Source: a virus (Duplodnaviria > Caudoviricetes). Taken from it: a stretch of 55,616 bases of DNA. Positions 19,519-29,954 of the stretch are shown here, one piece after another. Both the position numbers and the translations under genes were made by a program. The DNA lies in IMG/VR virus record IMGVR_UViG_3300002098_000043, positions 1 to 55,616 of that record, one strand, 5' to 3'. The notes beneath the pieces are model-generated. The model did not search any database and was not told the DNA's origin. It worked only from the letters and a program-made list of their open reading frames with translations. Within the stretch, counting starts at the first letter, position 1. The number at the start of each line of letters is the position of its first letter.

Positions 19519-22500
19519 TTAAAACTTCAACTTAAAATAGCTTATTACTCTTTGTAACAATTTGATTCCCTTAACCAAAACAGTTGGATCGGTTGTCCAA
19601 TTTTTCTTAAAATATCTTACAATAGTGTACATCCCCGAAACCTTCCCATTCGTTGCAATAGGTTGATTATGATATAATCCTTCATCAACAATCTGATAAT
19701 TCCTATTCCACGACTTTACATTATTATCCTGCGCATTTTGAGTTTGATTAGAATAATAAAAGTCCGTAAAATTCTCATTATTACCAATATCAACAGAATA
19801 ATCTGTCGCAAATCCTTGTTGAGTTTTAGGATTCACAACAAAAGTTATATCGTTATTAACAATCTTACCATAAAATTTATCATATTGATAACCATTCAAT
19901 GTTAATGAATAAGGCGCTTCTTCATTTTCAATATAAATCTCATTAGGCGCATTGATTTGCTGTAAATTAGGGTCATTCACTAAAGGATAGGCATTTATTG
20001 TTTCATCCGCCAAAAAGATAAACTCTCCCTCTACATTACCTATAACCATTCCTGTTTTAGCAAAAGTCGGACAAACCATATCTGAAGCATAATAAATATC
20101 CGCGTTTTTTGGATTATTAGCTGATAATACCGATTGATTATGATTATGCCACAATGCAGGAGTTTTATCAAAAAACCCTACAAATTTATTTAACACATGA
20201 CTAAAACCTATTGTAAAGTCTTTAGCCAAAACTTGATAATCTAAATAGTTAAACATTACAGAAGGATCAGGACCATTTTGATACCACGATCTAAATTTGA
20301 ATGTCAAATAACTCATTTTATTTTTTGAATCATAAACCCCAACAATACCTGTGCCAATCAAAGGTCTATCAGAGCTTATATCAAAAGTCTGAGAATTTAA
20401 ATACGTCCCTCCAAAATAAAGAGTTAATCTTTCTAAAAATACTTCACTAAAATATGATTTAACGCCTGTGGGAACGGTTATTTCTGCAATACTTCCATTT
20501 AAACTCATTACACACACATCTTTGTTGTGCATATCAAACCAAATCCATCCGTCAGTTGTATCAGTTAAACCGTGTTGGTGTTGATTGCCAAATTTATTAG
20601 TTATCAAATCAAAACGATTAATAACACCGCCAGTACCTAAAGTAGTAACCGACCCAGTTGAACCTGATTCAATAACCCTTTCTAATATTGGAACAGAACC
20701 AACCGCTAATTGCTGCCAATAAAACACATAATCACCTTTAGGACGCACATTATTAATCTCGCCATATTGACCATTAACATCCCTATAATCGTTCGTTAAA
20801 AAGACTCTAAATGAATCTATTGGCTCACCAATTATTTTTTGTCCAGCCCATCTAATTCTAACAGGAAAACGTCCTGCAAAATTTATGTTAACTGGTAGCG
20901 CAGGATATTTAAAAGCATTTCCTTCACTTGAATATCCATTATTATAAGAATAATCTTCTAGTCCTAAATTAGCCCCAGCCCCACCATTATATGTCACTCC
21001 CTGTGTATCATTCTGCATCCCGAAATCAGAAGTTTTACGCCCCCTTCTTAAATTGTAATTACTATTGCATTCACAAGGAAAAAGCACGGCATAACCGCTT
21101 GGCGAATTAGTTGCAGGGGCAAACGTCATCCCTCCTAAATAATTTACATTAAATAAACCATAACCCTGATCTATAATACAAGTAAAACAATCTCCACCGC
21201 CAATTTGAATATTATCAAAAACTAAAAAATTCTTACCACCTATAACCGTTAAATTATCCGCAATAACTGTTGAATCTATTTTTTGATAATGTCCTGTTGA
21301 AATATAAGTAGTAGCCGCCAACGCCGAAGCGCCTGTACCACCATATTGATTAGCATTTGGAATAATATAATTAACAAGTGCTTTATAAGGATTGGTTCCA
21401 TTAGCGCCAGTTAAATCCGAATAACTTTGTGCCTGATTATAATTATTAAAATCAGTCAACGTTCTAACCATTATTTTTTTGCCGCCAACATATCCTACTT
21501 GGCCAACAGAGCTAACACCACCTCCAACACAAGTAAAATCTATGTTATCTGTAACTGCACCTGTATAAGAAAAATCATTATAAACGTCCACGTTAGGCAT
21601 AAAATTTACAACAGAATCAGCTTCATTCATCCGTGCATAATTAGTCACGGTTGATTCATTATTATACGTAATATTAGTAGCATTAACGTGTGTATATAAT
21701 TTACTTGCCCACTCATTAGAAGGATTGCTATATTGTTTATATAAAGCCCCTCCAGAATAAGCCAATCCGTTTAACCATCCGACAACCCTCATAGTATCGC
21801 CAACATTCATAAATTTACTTCTTGTAAATGTTTCTGATACTAAATCATCAGGACACATATAAGAATAAATGTGATTAGCGTTATTGGCGTGTCCATTTCC
21901 AGTAGCTAATTTTAATTGTGGCAACGGCAATACTGCGGTTGGTCCTGCACCAACTTCCTGCGTCTGCCAACATAATCCTTGTGAAATAATAACAGGATCG
22001 CGTTCAGCTCTTACAATACTAAAACCATCTATTTGAGTATAGATTTCTTCAGGTATTTGCAAGCCGCTAATGTTAATTAAATTCGGCTGTAAACAAAACC
22101 AATTACTTGTTGTTCCTTTATCAATTAATAATCCATTTTTAGTATAAATAGAATTAAATGAATGATCGCCAATCCATCTTACATAAAAAGGATTTCTTTT
22201 TTTATCATAAAATAATATTCCAAACCTGTATTTTTCATTGCTCCAATACCCTTTTGCCATTGATGCAACCGCAGGATTTCTATAATCCCATCCGTTATCA
22301 ACGGTCATTTCAACATTATTTTTTCTTTGATTAGTGTTGTTTTGTGGATTATATTGATTTAAAGAAACGCAAGGTCTTATCTGAGCGCCAACTGTATGTT
22401 GCGCCCAATTTTTATAACCAGCTAAAGCATTGTTTCCTATAAAAACATCCCCGACATTATAAAATGTTCCCGAACCAGTAGGATATTCTGCTGTACCAAC

Positions 22501-23979
22501 AGTAACTAACCATCTTGTTGCGTGTTCTATGCCGCCAACGGTTGCAGGATTAGCACCAATAGTTGGATTAATGCCTGTTCCTCCTTGACCAAACTGCATA
22601 ACGTTAGAACAAGAACCAGCGCTTGAATCGTTGTCTGCTGGCATTTGATATATATAATCACTCAAAGCAATTGTTGAAATATCAAAACTTGAAAATTCCT
22701 GTCTTTCAACAATATTTGCAATTACATTATAATTCTTATTAGTAGTAATTGTTTTACACTTCCGTATAGTAGTCGTAAATAACGTTATATCATCAATAGT
22801 AAGTGTTCCTAAATTTACATTTCCAAAATCTTCTAAAGTCATTGTTGTTCCTGTAATAGAAGTAGAAACAACTATTGCTATTGAATAAGGGATTTCTTCT
22901 TGTTGGTCAAATTCAACACAAGCAAGTTCGATTACATCATAAGTAGTATCAATATTATCAATACTTAACTGAACTGATTTACCACTATTCACTATTGTTG
23001 TAAGTGAACCAGCGCCGACATAATTATGCTCTGTGCTTATTAATGGTAATGGACTTTGGTCTTTACCTACATGAACTGGAAACATTCCATAACTCCACGA
23101 TGTTTGAAATCCTCCACTAGAAGATTTTAAACGATAGAAATACATACTATTACCGCAATTCTTACTTCCTGCTCCGAATCCCGTGAATTTAATATTTCCT
23201 AAATTAGAATCTGGAGTCCAAGATAAAAGTGAAATATCATAATATTTAATCACTAACGTATCTGAGGTAAGTGGAGTAAAATTAGCATTAACAGCTGTAA
23301 AAATTGTTCCTGTACCTAGTCCATAACCATAATCAATACCATTATGAGTAGCCGCTCCACTAACAACCATATATTCAACTCCAACTGATAAAGCATTATC
23401 GTCAATATAAGTTGTATAAATTGAATTAGCTGTATCTAAAACTCTCGGTTCATTAAAATCATCTGTCCAATAAACTCTCTGTACATTATCATTCTCAGGA
23501 AAAGCAAATCCTTCAATCTTATACATCTGCGAAAAATTCAAATCTTTATGAGTATATAAAGGAACATACCCATTAAATGTCATTGTGGCGTAATTAGTTG
23601 TAATTGTTTGTGGATCATATTCTATACTTTCACCAATATTAGTCAAAAATAAAACGCCAATTCTGCCATATCCACCACCTGAACTATCAATATAAGTATC
23701 AAATACAATTAATTTATTAGGAAATGAAATAAAAGCTATTGACAAAGGTGGTACGCCATAAACTATCGGTCCAGTTGAATCAATCGGTCTTGGCAATGTG
23801 AAAATCACTCTATTTCCATAAGTATCTTTTAAGGTAAAATTATTACCATCACTATTAATAATTTGAAAATTCCTTGCGTCCCTATAAGTTCCTTGTGGTT
23901 GGTCATAAGGCGAAGTATCTTTAAACATTCCTTCGCCAAATGTATTTATATGGGTAAAAATATTATCGCCTTGTTCCAT
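19519..23979 (-). CDS. Tail muzzle / stabilisation protein (crAss Tstab, P22 gp10-like)
   Basis: 1486 aa; NTFGEGMFKD..P..QP..TYRDARN N-terminus, VYWTD..NEPR, YRFGI.F, DSFRVF motifs; follows ring gene. Confidence 0.75.
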   Translation of the reverse strand: MEQGDNIFTHINTFGEGMFKDTSPYDQPQGTYRDARNFQIINSDGNNFTLKDTYGNRVIFTLPRPIDSTGPIVYGVPPLSIAFISFPNKLIVFDTYIDSSGGGYGRIGVLFLTNIGESIEYDPQTITTNYATMTFNGYVPLYTHKDLNFSQMYKIEGFAFPENDNVQRVYWTDDFNEPRVLDTANSIYTTYIDDNALSVGVEYMVVSGAATHNGIDYGYGLGTGTIFTAVNANFTPLTSDTLVIKYYDISLLSWTPDSNLGNIKFTGFGAGSKNCGNSMYFYRLKSSSGGFQTSWSYGMFPVHVGKDQSPLPLISTEHNYVGAGSLTTIVNSGKSVQLSIDNIDTTYDVIELACVEFDQQEEIPYSIAIVVSTSITGTTMTLEDFGNVNLGTLTIDDITLFTTTIRKCKTITTNKNYNVIANIVERQEFSSFDISTIALSDYIYQMPADNDSSAGSCSNVMQFGQGGTGINPTIGANPATVGGIEHATRWLVTVGTAEYPTGSGTFYNVGDVFIGNNALAGYKNWAQHTVGAQIRPCVSLNQYNPQNNTNQRKNNVEMTVDNGWDYRNPAVASMAKGYWSNEKYRFGILFYDKKRNPFYVRWIGDHSFNSIYTKNGLLIDKGTTSNWFCLQPNLINISGLQIPEEIYTQIDGFSIVRAERDPVIISQGLCWQTQEVGAGPTAVLPLPQLKLATGNGHANNANHIYSYMCPDDLVSETFTRSKFMNVGDTMRVVGWLNGLAYSGGALYKQYSNPSNEWASKLYTHVNATNITYNNESTVTNYARMNEADSVVNFMPNVDVYNDFSYTGAVTDNIDFTCVGGGVSSVGQVGYVGGKKIMVRTLTDFNNYNQAQSYSDLTGANGTNPYKALVNYIIPNANQYGGTGASALAATTYISTGHYQKIDSTVIADNLTVIGGKNFLVFDNIQIGGGDCFTCIIDQGYGLFNVNYLGGMTFAPATNSPSGYAVLFPCECNSNYNLRRGRKTSDFGMQNDTQGVTYNGGAGANLGLEDYSYNNGYSSEGNAFKYPALPVNINFAGRFPVRIRWAGQKIIGEPIDSFRVFLTNDYRDVNGQYGEINNVRPKGDYVFYWQQLAVGSVPILERVIESGSTGSVTTLGTGGVINRFDLITNKFGNQHQHGLTDTTDGWIWFDMHNKDVCVMSLNGSIAEITVPTGVKSYFSEVFLERLTLYFGGTYLNSQTFDISSDRPLIGTGIVGVYDSKNKMSYLTFKFRSWYQNGPDPSVMFNYLDYQVLAKDFTIGFSHVLNKFVGFFDKTPALWHNHNQSVLSANNPKNADIYYASDMVCPTFAKTGMVIGNVEGEFIFLADETINAYPLVNDPNLQQINAPNEIYIENEEAPYSLTLNGYQYDKFYGKIVNNDITFVVNPKTQQGFATDYSVDIGNNENFTDFYYSNQTQNAQDNNVKSWNRNYQIVDEGLYHNQPIATNGKVSGMYTIVRYFKKNWTTDPTVLVKGIKLLQRVISYFKLKF

Positions 23980-23981
23980 AA

Positions 23982-24746
23982 TTAAATAGGATAATAGTTA
24001 TTGCCCCATCCAAGTGTTGTTCTCATACCTACGTGTAATCCGCGTCCTGCATAAGGGTCACTGTTCATAACAGCAATATCATTTCTTTCAGTTGGAGTAA
24101 GCATCCCATCATCAGCCCTTGCGTGTGAACATAATTGATTCCATTGACGTTCCCAATCTCTCATCAATGCTAATGAAGCATTACTTGCTTTTTTACCACT
24201 TTGCCTTTGATAATATTTCCATAAAATAAAAGCTTCTAGTGCCCTTACATGGTTTTCGCCAATTTCAATAAATCCATCACAATCTGTTTTTGCCCCTTGA
24301 TATTGAACTGTAACTTTTTTACCATCATAATTAGAAGTAAACACTATTTTATTATTTTGAATAGTATAATCTACATATCCCCATGGAATTTCACCTGAAG
24401 TAAATACATCCACAATTAAAAATCCTGATAGATTAGGATTAGACTGGTCAACAAATACACTACCGCCTGAACAAAAATACGAGTTCATTAAATCTCCACA
24501 ATCGCATCCGTGGTCGCCGATTAAAGCGCATTCTAATATCCTTGCATCATTGGGCAAACAAGCGGCGCATCCGTGAATGTCCAGCACAACACGCTTGCGT
24601 TCCATAGCTCCTTTAGAACCTATTTCTTCTTCCGCTTGTTCTGCCCATGTAGTAAATATAGGGCGGTCTTTATCGTGATCTAGCCCAAGCATCATTTGGG
24701 CATTCATCACGGGGATTTTTATATTTACTAATTTGTTAATACTCAT
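23982..24746 (-). CDS. Tail ring / tubular protein
   Basis: Size and position directly upstream of muzzle, as in crAss-like phages. Confidence 0.6.
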   Translation of the reverse strand: MSINKLVNIKIPVMNAQMMLGLDHDKDRPIFTTWAEQAEEEIGSKGAMERKRVVLDIHGCAACLPNDARILECALIGDHGCDCGDLMNSYFCSGGSVFVDQSNPNLSGFLIVDVFTSGEIPWGYVDYTIQNNKIVFTSNYDGKKVTVQYQGAKTDCDGFIEIGENHVRALEAFILWKYYQRQSGKKASNASLALMRDWERQWNQLCSHARADDGMLTPTERNDIAVMNSDPYAGRGLHVGMRTTLGWGNNYYPI

Positions 24747-25219
24747 TGTTTAATACTATAATTAACCATTGTGTTTTTTAAAGCCCTATGAATAGTATTG
24801 GATAATTTAGGATTAGAATGAAAATACACATCGTTTCTTGGATTTGCCAAGTGTTCAAAATGTATTTTATACTTTATTCCCATATGCCTTAAACTTATAC
24901 TATTTGCTTTAACTATTTTATCTCCTCTTAAAATTTTACCTTCTTTCATTAACCTAAAAGCTGTTGTTCCTTCTTTTATTACTTCTCCCACCACAAACAA
25001 CCTATTCTTTTTATCTAAATATACTACTTCATTCTTTGCTAATTCATCCGCAACAAAATATTTACAATAATCCCTCCAAACCTTTTTTATCTGCGAGTCT
25101 TTTGGTGTATAACCAAACTTTTTCTTAATTCTTCTTTTCAAAGAATCAATTATTCGCTGTTGGTTATAACGACCTTTGTTCTTGAAGTGTACTCGCGCCT
25201 TTTGCTTGTCGTTCTGCAT
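24743..25219 (-). CDS. Basic IHF/HU-like protein
   Basis: K/R-rich; syntenic with crAss-like IHF genes between ring genes. Confidence 0.45.
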   Translation of the reverse strand: MQNDKQKARVHFKNKGRYNQQRIIDSLKRRIKKKFGYTPKDSQIKKVWRDYCKYFVADELAKNEVVYLDKKNRLFVVGEVIKEGTTAFRLMKEGKILRGDKIVKANSISLRHMGIKYKIHFEHLANPRNDVYFHSNPKLSNTIHRALKNTMVNYSIKQ

Positions 25220-26033
25220 CTATATTATCATTTTTAGTATCAACTATCATATTATCTTGTATTTGGAATTCTTTAGTTAAAATTTCTAAAATAATTTCTC
25301 TTGCCATTTCTCCTCCAACAGGATAATCACTTGTTTCTTCAAATGCTGTTACTTGGTCGTATAAATATACATTACCATTACCTGTAAACGTTGTTGCAAC
25401 ACCGCCTATAAATGTATCGTTAGGATTGTAAGTAATTGTATTATAAACAATATTTCCAAACTTAACAATGTATTTTGTTCCGCTCACAATATTTCCACTT
25501 ACAATTGGCTCGGAGTTTATTATAAATCCGTCCTCTGGATATAAAAGTATTGGAGATAATCTTAATCTTGTTGCCCCCCCTGTTGCATATAAAGTAGTGT
25601 TATATCTTGAATAATATTTAAACTTAGACATTGTACTATCGGAAGGAATATTTTGCAATAGCTGTAATGGTCGCGGATAATATGCATATTTACCACACGC
25701 AGAAAATAACGACCATATACCAACATCCTGATTAGATGCACCTGAATTTGTTAAAGATATTACAGGGGGAATAGTTGTTTTCATCATATCACAATTACAA
25801 AATGTAACTGTTGGATCATCCGCCACTGTAATTTTATAAAAATTAATATAGAAAGGTTGAGTTACCCATGCAAAATCTACTGTCTCATTAATTGCATAAT
25901 TACGAATAATTAATTGAGCGCGAGTCTGGTCTATAAGCTCACTAATGAACCTGTCGGACAGACGCGAATCATCGTTTGGCGCGTTTCTTTGCAAAATTAA
26001 CAAAGCCTCATCTATTAGACTCTTTTTTGTCAT
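25164..26033 (-). CDS. Tail ring protein (start revised to MTKKSLIDE)
   Basis: DDSRLSDR.I...I...RA.LI ring-type N-terminus; upstream extension in ORF track overlaps promoter and terminator. Confidence 0.6.
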   Translation of the reverse strand: MTKKSLIDEALLILQRNAPNDDSRLSDRFISELIDQTRAQLIIRNYAINETVDFAWVTQPFYINFYKITVADDPTVTFCNCDMMKTTIPPVISLTNSGASNQDVGIWSLFSACGKYAYYPRPLQLLQNIPSDSTMSKFKYYSRYNTTLYATGGATRLRLSPILLYPEDGFIINSEPIVSGNIVSGTKYIVKFGNIVYNTITYNPNDTFIGGVATTFTGNGNVYLYDQVTAFEETSDYPVGGEMAREIILEILTKEFQIQDNMIVDTKNDNIDAERQAKGASTLQEQRSL

Positions 26034-26036
26034 GTT

Positions 26037-26044
26037 CAAATATA
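26037..26044 (-). promoter_or_regulatory. TATATTTG -7 promoter box
   Basis: Exact TAnnTTTG, 3 nt before ATG 26033. Confidence 0.6.
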
Positions 26045-26061
26045 ATAAATATAATAAACAA

Positions 26062-26087
26062 AAAAGCCACATTTTATTGTGACTTTT
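26062..26087 (-). terminator. Intrinsic terminator
   Basis: aaaagccaca...tgtgactttt hairpin after spanin-like genes. Confidence 0.55.
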
Positions 26088-26127
26088 AAGCTAAGTAGTG
26101 AATTAAAAAAACAATCCTATGATAGAT

Positions 26128-26547
26128 TTATTTATGTAAATATAGATTTAATCCTTCTACTAATATTAACAAAATATTAACCGAAACCGAGCCTATAATA
26201 ATTTTACCCCTTCGATTAACCTTGTCCTGTGCTTTAGAATATTTATCGGAAAATTGAATTGCAGATGCTTTATAATTATCTGCTAAATTCTTTTGTGACT
26301 TATTTTGCTCTTTTAGGTCATATTCATTAGCTCTATATAGAGCAATACGCGCGTCTTTGTCTCTTATTTGAGACTTATATTCAATCGTATCTTTTAGAAG
26401 CGTCTTATAAGCTAATTCGTGGTAAACAAGAGAATCCAATACAGAAATATCCACACATACTTTATTTCCACACTTTGTTATAGTTTGCGAGAATAGAATC
26501 GTAGGCGCGCAAACGAGAATCAATATCAAGGTTTTTAAGATTTTCAT
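26128..26547 (-). CDS. Spanin-like protein
   Basis: Signal-like N-terminus, coiled coil, C-terminal hydrophobic segment; overlaps upstream gene. Confidence 0.45.
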   Translation of the reverse strand: MKILKTLILILVCAPTILFSQTITKCGNKVCVDISVLDSLVYHELAYKTLLKDTIEYKSQIRDKDARIALYRANEYDLKEQNKSQKNLADNYKASAIQFSDKYSKAQDKVNRRGKIIIGSVSVNILLILVEGLNLYLHK

Positions 26548-26815
26548 AATGTTTACTTAAAATGGTATGGTTTTTGTTAACTATTGAGTCACTAATTGTC
26601 TGTTTTTTAGCAAGTACAACGTCTAAGGAATCTCTAAAATGAATTAGAGCCTCTAAGCTATCCGAGCGTTTTTTTAATCCTTCATTTAATGGATTTTCAA
26701 CATTTACAATCTCTTTTCGGCTATTCCAAATACAAGATGCTGACCATCCAACAATAATTCCTAAAAACAAAGTTATTAGAATTAAAGCTAAATCTCTTTT
26801 ACTAGGGGTTTTCAT
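26462..26815 (-). CDS. Inner-membrane spanin-like protein
   Basis: Single N-terminal TM plus helical periplasmic part; overlapping gene pair near endolysin. Confidence 0.45.
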   Translation of the reverse strand: MKTPSKRDLALILITLFLGIIVGWSASCIWNSRKEIVNVENPLNEGLKKRSDSLEALIHFRDSLDVVLAKKQTISDSIVNKNHTILSKHYENLKNLDIDSRLRAYDSILANYNKVWK

Positions 26816-27009
26816 ATAGGTGAATTTGGATTTTCATTATCCGACAAAAAATTAATAGCTTCGTTAGCCAATCCGCCAACTATTAATATAATAAGGGTTA
26901 ATTCTGCGCTTGCCATTATGTAAGCCGAAGCTGCCGCTGTTGCGGACAATCCTTTAATTGCAGTAGCTATCTTAATAGCTTTTTTAGTATTTGGTTTAAA
27001 ATAACTCAT
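26812..27009 (-). CDS. Small membrane protein (holin/antiholin candidate)
   Basis: Two hydrophobic segments, lysis neighbourhood. Confidence 0.4.
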   Translation of the reverse strand: MSYFKPNTKKAIKIATAIKGLSATAAASAYIMASAELTLIILIVGGLANEAINFLSDNENPNSPI

Positions 27010-27060
27010 ATATTTTATTTTTCAATAGTAAAAATATAACATTTTAATACAATTTCAAAA

Positions 27061-27708
27061 TTAAGTCCAAGAGCCTTGAATAACCGTACTATCTAATCCT
27101 AAAGAATATATCTCTAAAAATGATCCAGCCGAAACAACTGCCGCTGCTCCAACTACTAATGTTATGGATGGTATGATTGTTCCTCCACTACTTATTTCAA
27201 AAGAACCTGAAACTAAAGATGCCATAGAATTAGATGTTGCTCCTGTCTGCATACTTGCTCCAAAAGTATTTGTTATGGCAAATCCACCATTTAAATTAAA
27301 CGGTCCTGTTGTTGGAGCGGTATCAATACCTGAGTTTGTCATTAAAAAATTCGTTGTACTCGCTGTTCCTGTAAAACTAAAAGCCGCATTATTACTGCCA
27401 CTAGTATCCATAGATGTTATTCTAAATAAACATCTAAAAAAATAAGAACCTATCGGAAGTGTTAATGTGCCATTTGTAGAACCGTTAAATAATTTCTGAG
27501 TGCCAGTGGTGTTTGTTAAAGTATATGTTGTGTGCTGTCTTATTAAATAATAAGAAGGAATAACTCCTTGATTATTATTGGTTATCGCGCTATGAAAAAC
27601 AGTCCCGTCATACCCCAATCCGCCAGCGCTATTAGTTGTAGCGCTTGATAAAACAGGCGTTGTTAATGTTGGGGAATTAGCAACTATTATGGGATTTGAT
27701 ATTGGCAT
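27061..27708 (-). CDS. Fibre/receptor-binding-like beta protein
   Basis: S/T/G-rich; C-terminal ...VSAGSFLEI pattern of fibre tip domains. Confidence 0.5.
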   Translation of the reverse strand: MPISNPIIVANSPTLTTPVLSSATTNSAGGLGYDGTVFHSAITNNNQGVIPSYYLIRQHTTYTLTNTTGTQKLFNGSTNGTLTLPIGSYFFRCLFRITSMDTSGSNNAAFSFTGTASTTNFLMTNSGIDTAPTTGPFNLNGGFAITNTFGASMQTGATSNSMASLVSGSFEISSGGTIIPSITLVVGAAAVVSAGSFLEIYSLGLDSTVIQGSWT

Positions 27709-27710
27709 AT

Positions 27711-28043
27711 TTATTCAAATTCTTGTATTGAAACTGTTGTAACTCCTCCTATCCCTATTCCAAATATTTTCTGAGTACTAAATGTATTATAATTCATTTC
27801 CCAACATCCGCCATTATTTACTAAATAAATTCCATTATTTGCTACTGCGGATTGTCCTATTCCAATAAATAAAGGATAAGAGCCTACATTTGTAATAACT
27901 AAACTTTGTCGTTTTTTATTAGCATTTATTATTACACTTGATATAACATCAATAGAAGCAGTAGCGGCAGGATTAGCCTTACTTGGTCGTCCTAAAGAAA
28001 GCAATAATTGTAATAAACTATCTTGTTGAGCTATTTTACCCAT
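27711..28043 (-). CDS. Small structural/decoration-like protein
   Basis: ANKKRQSLVITN.G...LFIG...A..NNGI.L pattern common in phage virion modules. Confidence 0.5.
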   Translation of the reverse strand: MGKIAQQDSLLQLLLSLGRPSKANPAATASIDVISSVIINANKKRQSLVITNVGSYPLFIGIGQSAVANNGIYLVNNGGCWEMNYNTFSTQKIFGIGIGGVTTVSIQEFE

Positions 28044-28045
28044 TA

Positions 28046-28657
28046 TTATTGTTTAGCAATTTCAAACCAAATAAATTCTCCAAAAAAACCATTTGTTCCA
28101 GAGGCTGTACTTGTTTGAAAAGATAACGCAGCCCCCTCATCAATAGTTATTATACCGTCATAATATCTGGCTAAAGTAGAAATTTGAGGAGTTGTAGTAA
28201 TAGCACCAGTCAATCCAACGCCTAAAGTTGATACGGCTACAGGTGCAGCTGGCAATGTAGCTGCTAATAAAGACTGAATTTTATTTCCAGATGCTGATCC
28301 TAAATTAGCGTTTCTGTGCGCTGTTGTTAAAGTCCCAGTAACAGCTGCTGCTGATAAATTAGTATTAGCTCCTAGCCATATAACTGAAGCTGCTGCAAAC
28401 GCTACTGTATTAATACATCCTGCATATACTAAAACTCCTTTAACGCCGCTTCCAACTGGATTATATAATGTTAAAGCTGGCGTTGTTGCTGAAAGCCCAG
28501 CTTGAGTTGTAATTCCAGCCTGATTAGCTACCATATAAACATTTCCAGTGGAAACCGCTTCCTGATAAAGAGAACCATAAGGAGTGTTTAAAATATTACC
28601 ATTTAAATTGGTTTGTATATTTGTTAACGCACTTTTATTATATCCTTGAATATCCAT
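28046..28657 (-). CDS. Putative structural beta-sandwich protein
   Basis: LYNPVGSG motif, ends FIWFE; A/T/G-rich. Confidence 0.5.
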   Translation of the reverse strand: MDIQGYNKSALTNIQTNLNGNILNTPYGSLYQEAVSTGNVYMVANQAGITTQAGLSATTPALTLYNPVGSGVKGVLVYAGCINTVAFAAASVIWLGANTNLSAAAVTGTLTTAHRNANLGSASGNKIQSLLAATLPAAPVAVSTLGVGLTGAITTTPQISTLARYYDGIITIDEGAALSFQTSTASGTNGFFGEFIWFEIAKQ

Positions 28658-28659
28658 AA

Positions 28660-29025
28660 CTAATTAATTTTTAAATATGTTTTTATGTTTTGTAATAATT
28701 CTTTATTTTCAATATCAATACCTTGTTCTATTAATTCAAATGTAAGCAAAGCTACTAAATGTTTTGTGTAAATTATATCCCTAGTATTAACAAGTGTTTG
28801 CTGAGTTAATCCAGTCAATATTGTATTTAATTCAACATTAGTATAAGGACTATTCTGAATATTCTCAAAATTTGGTTGAATTACTGGACTTAAAAGTTGA
28901 TTTATATTTAAAAATCTTACAGGGAATTCTTGATTATTCGTACTCCTAAATGCCTTTACAATATCAAGTAAACTTAATTCATTCGGCTGTGTCGAATTTG
29001 ATTCTGGAACAAAAGTTTCACTCAT
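28660..29025 (-). CDS. Hypothetical protein
   Basis: Overlaps endolysin stop. Confidence 0.6.
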   Translation of the reverse strand: MSETFVPESNSTQPNELSLLDIVKAFRSTNNQEFPVRFLNINQLLSPVIQPNFENIQNSPYTNVELNTILTGLTQQTLVNTRDIIYTKHLVALLTFELIEQGIDIENKELLQNIKTYLKIN

Positions 29026-29618
29026 AAACTTGGTTTTTTGTTTAAATCTACTCTTGTATTTATCCCAAAAATTTTACCTTGATTAGAATATTGCCATAAA
29101 TAAATGCTATTCCATCCAACAGGTAATTTATAAATTGGTGTATAACTAGCTAACCAAAGCCTAATATTGCCAAGTCCATGATTAGATGGCAAATTATCAT
29201 TTAAGAAGGTGGTATAACTATAAAGTACATAATCAGTAATTCCTCTTTTCTCTAATTCCTCAAAGAATGATGTAATCCATAATAAAACTTGATCTTTTGT
29301 CAAATGAGATTTGTTAGTCTCAATATCTAAAACATAAGGTAATTTTGCGGTATGTAGCCCTGAAACTGATTTAATGAAAAAATCAGCTTCTTGTTTAGCG
29401 TCTCCAATAACATCAATAGTATTATTTAAAGTCGCGTAGTGGTAAAACCCATGACCAATACCCGATGCACTGCATTCTAATGTATTTATTCGCAAATTAG
29501 CATCAGTATATCCTACACCTTCACTTGCCTTTAGGTAAACTCCTTCTATCTTTGGATCGTTTGTAAGAACTTGTTTCCAGTCTATTTTTCCCTGATTTGC
29601 ACTTATGTCTATTGTCAT
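29022..29618 (-). CDS. GH25 muramidase endolysin
   Basis: IDIS..QG.IDW, KASEG, YHY, LDIE, LWQYS, VDLN motifs. Confidence 0.92.
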   Translation of the reverse strand: MTIDISANQGKIDWKQVLTNDPKIEGVYLKASEGVGYTDANLRINTLECSASGIGHGFYHYATLNNTIDVIGDAKQEADFFIKSVSGLHTAKLPYVLDIETNKSHLTKDQVLLWITSFFEELEKRGITDYVLYSYTTFLNDNLPSNHGLGNIRLWLASYTPIYKLPVGWNSIYLWQYSNQGKIFGINTRVDLNKKPSL

Positions 29619-29670
29619 TTCTTAATGATTTAAAATAATTAATTCTTCTATTTGACAAATAACCTTCCAA

Positions 29671-29946
29671 TTATTTTTTCTTCTGTAGTTTGTCTTTTAT
29701 ATCTTTTTTAATTTGTCTACTATTATCGGTAATTTTATCCCAATAAATTACAACAGATAAAATAATTGAAATTATGGAAAATAACTTCAATAATATCGCT
29801 AACATTAAATTTATATCATTCAATGATTGTTCAAATCCTAATGAAATAAAAGCAGAAATTGATCCTAACCAAAATAAAATAAATCCTAAAATCGGATGAG
29901 AAACTGATACATGCTCTATGCTTTCTTTATGTGTATGTAAATCCAT
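29671..29946 (-). CDS. Holin candidate
   Basis: Two TM helices, basic C-tail, immediately upstream of endolysin. Confidence 0.6.
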   Translation of the reverse strand: MDLHTHKESIEHVSVSHPILGFILFWLGSISAFISLGFEQSLNDINLMLAILLKLFSIISIILSVVIYWDKITDNSRQIKKDIKDKLQKKK

Positions 29947-29954
29947 AATATGTT

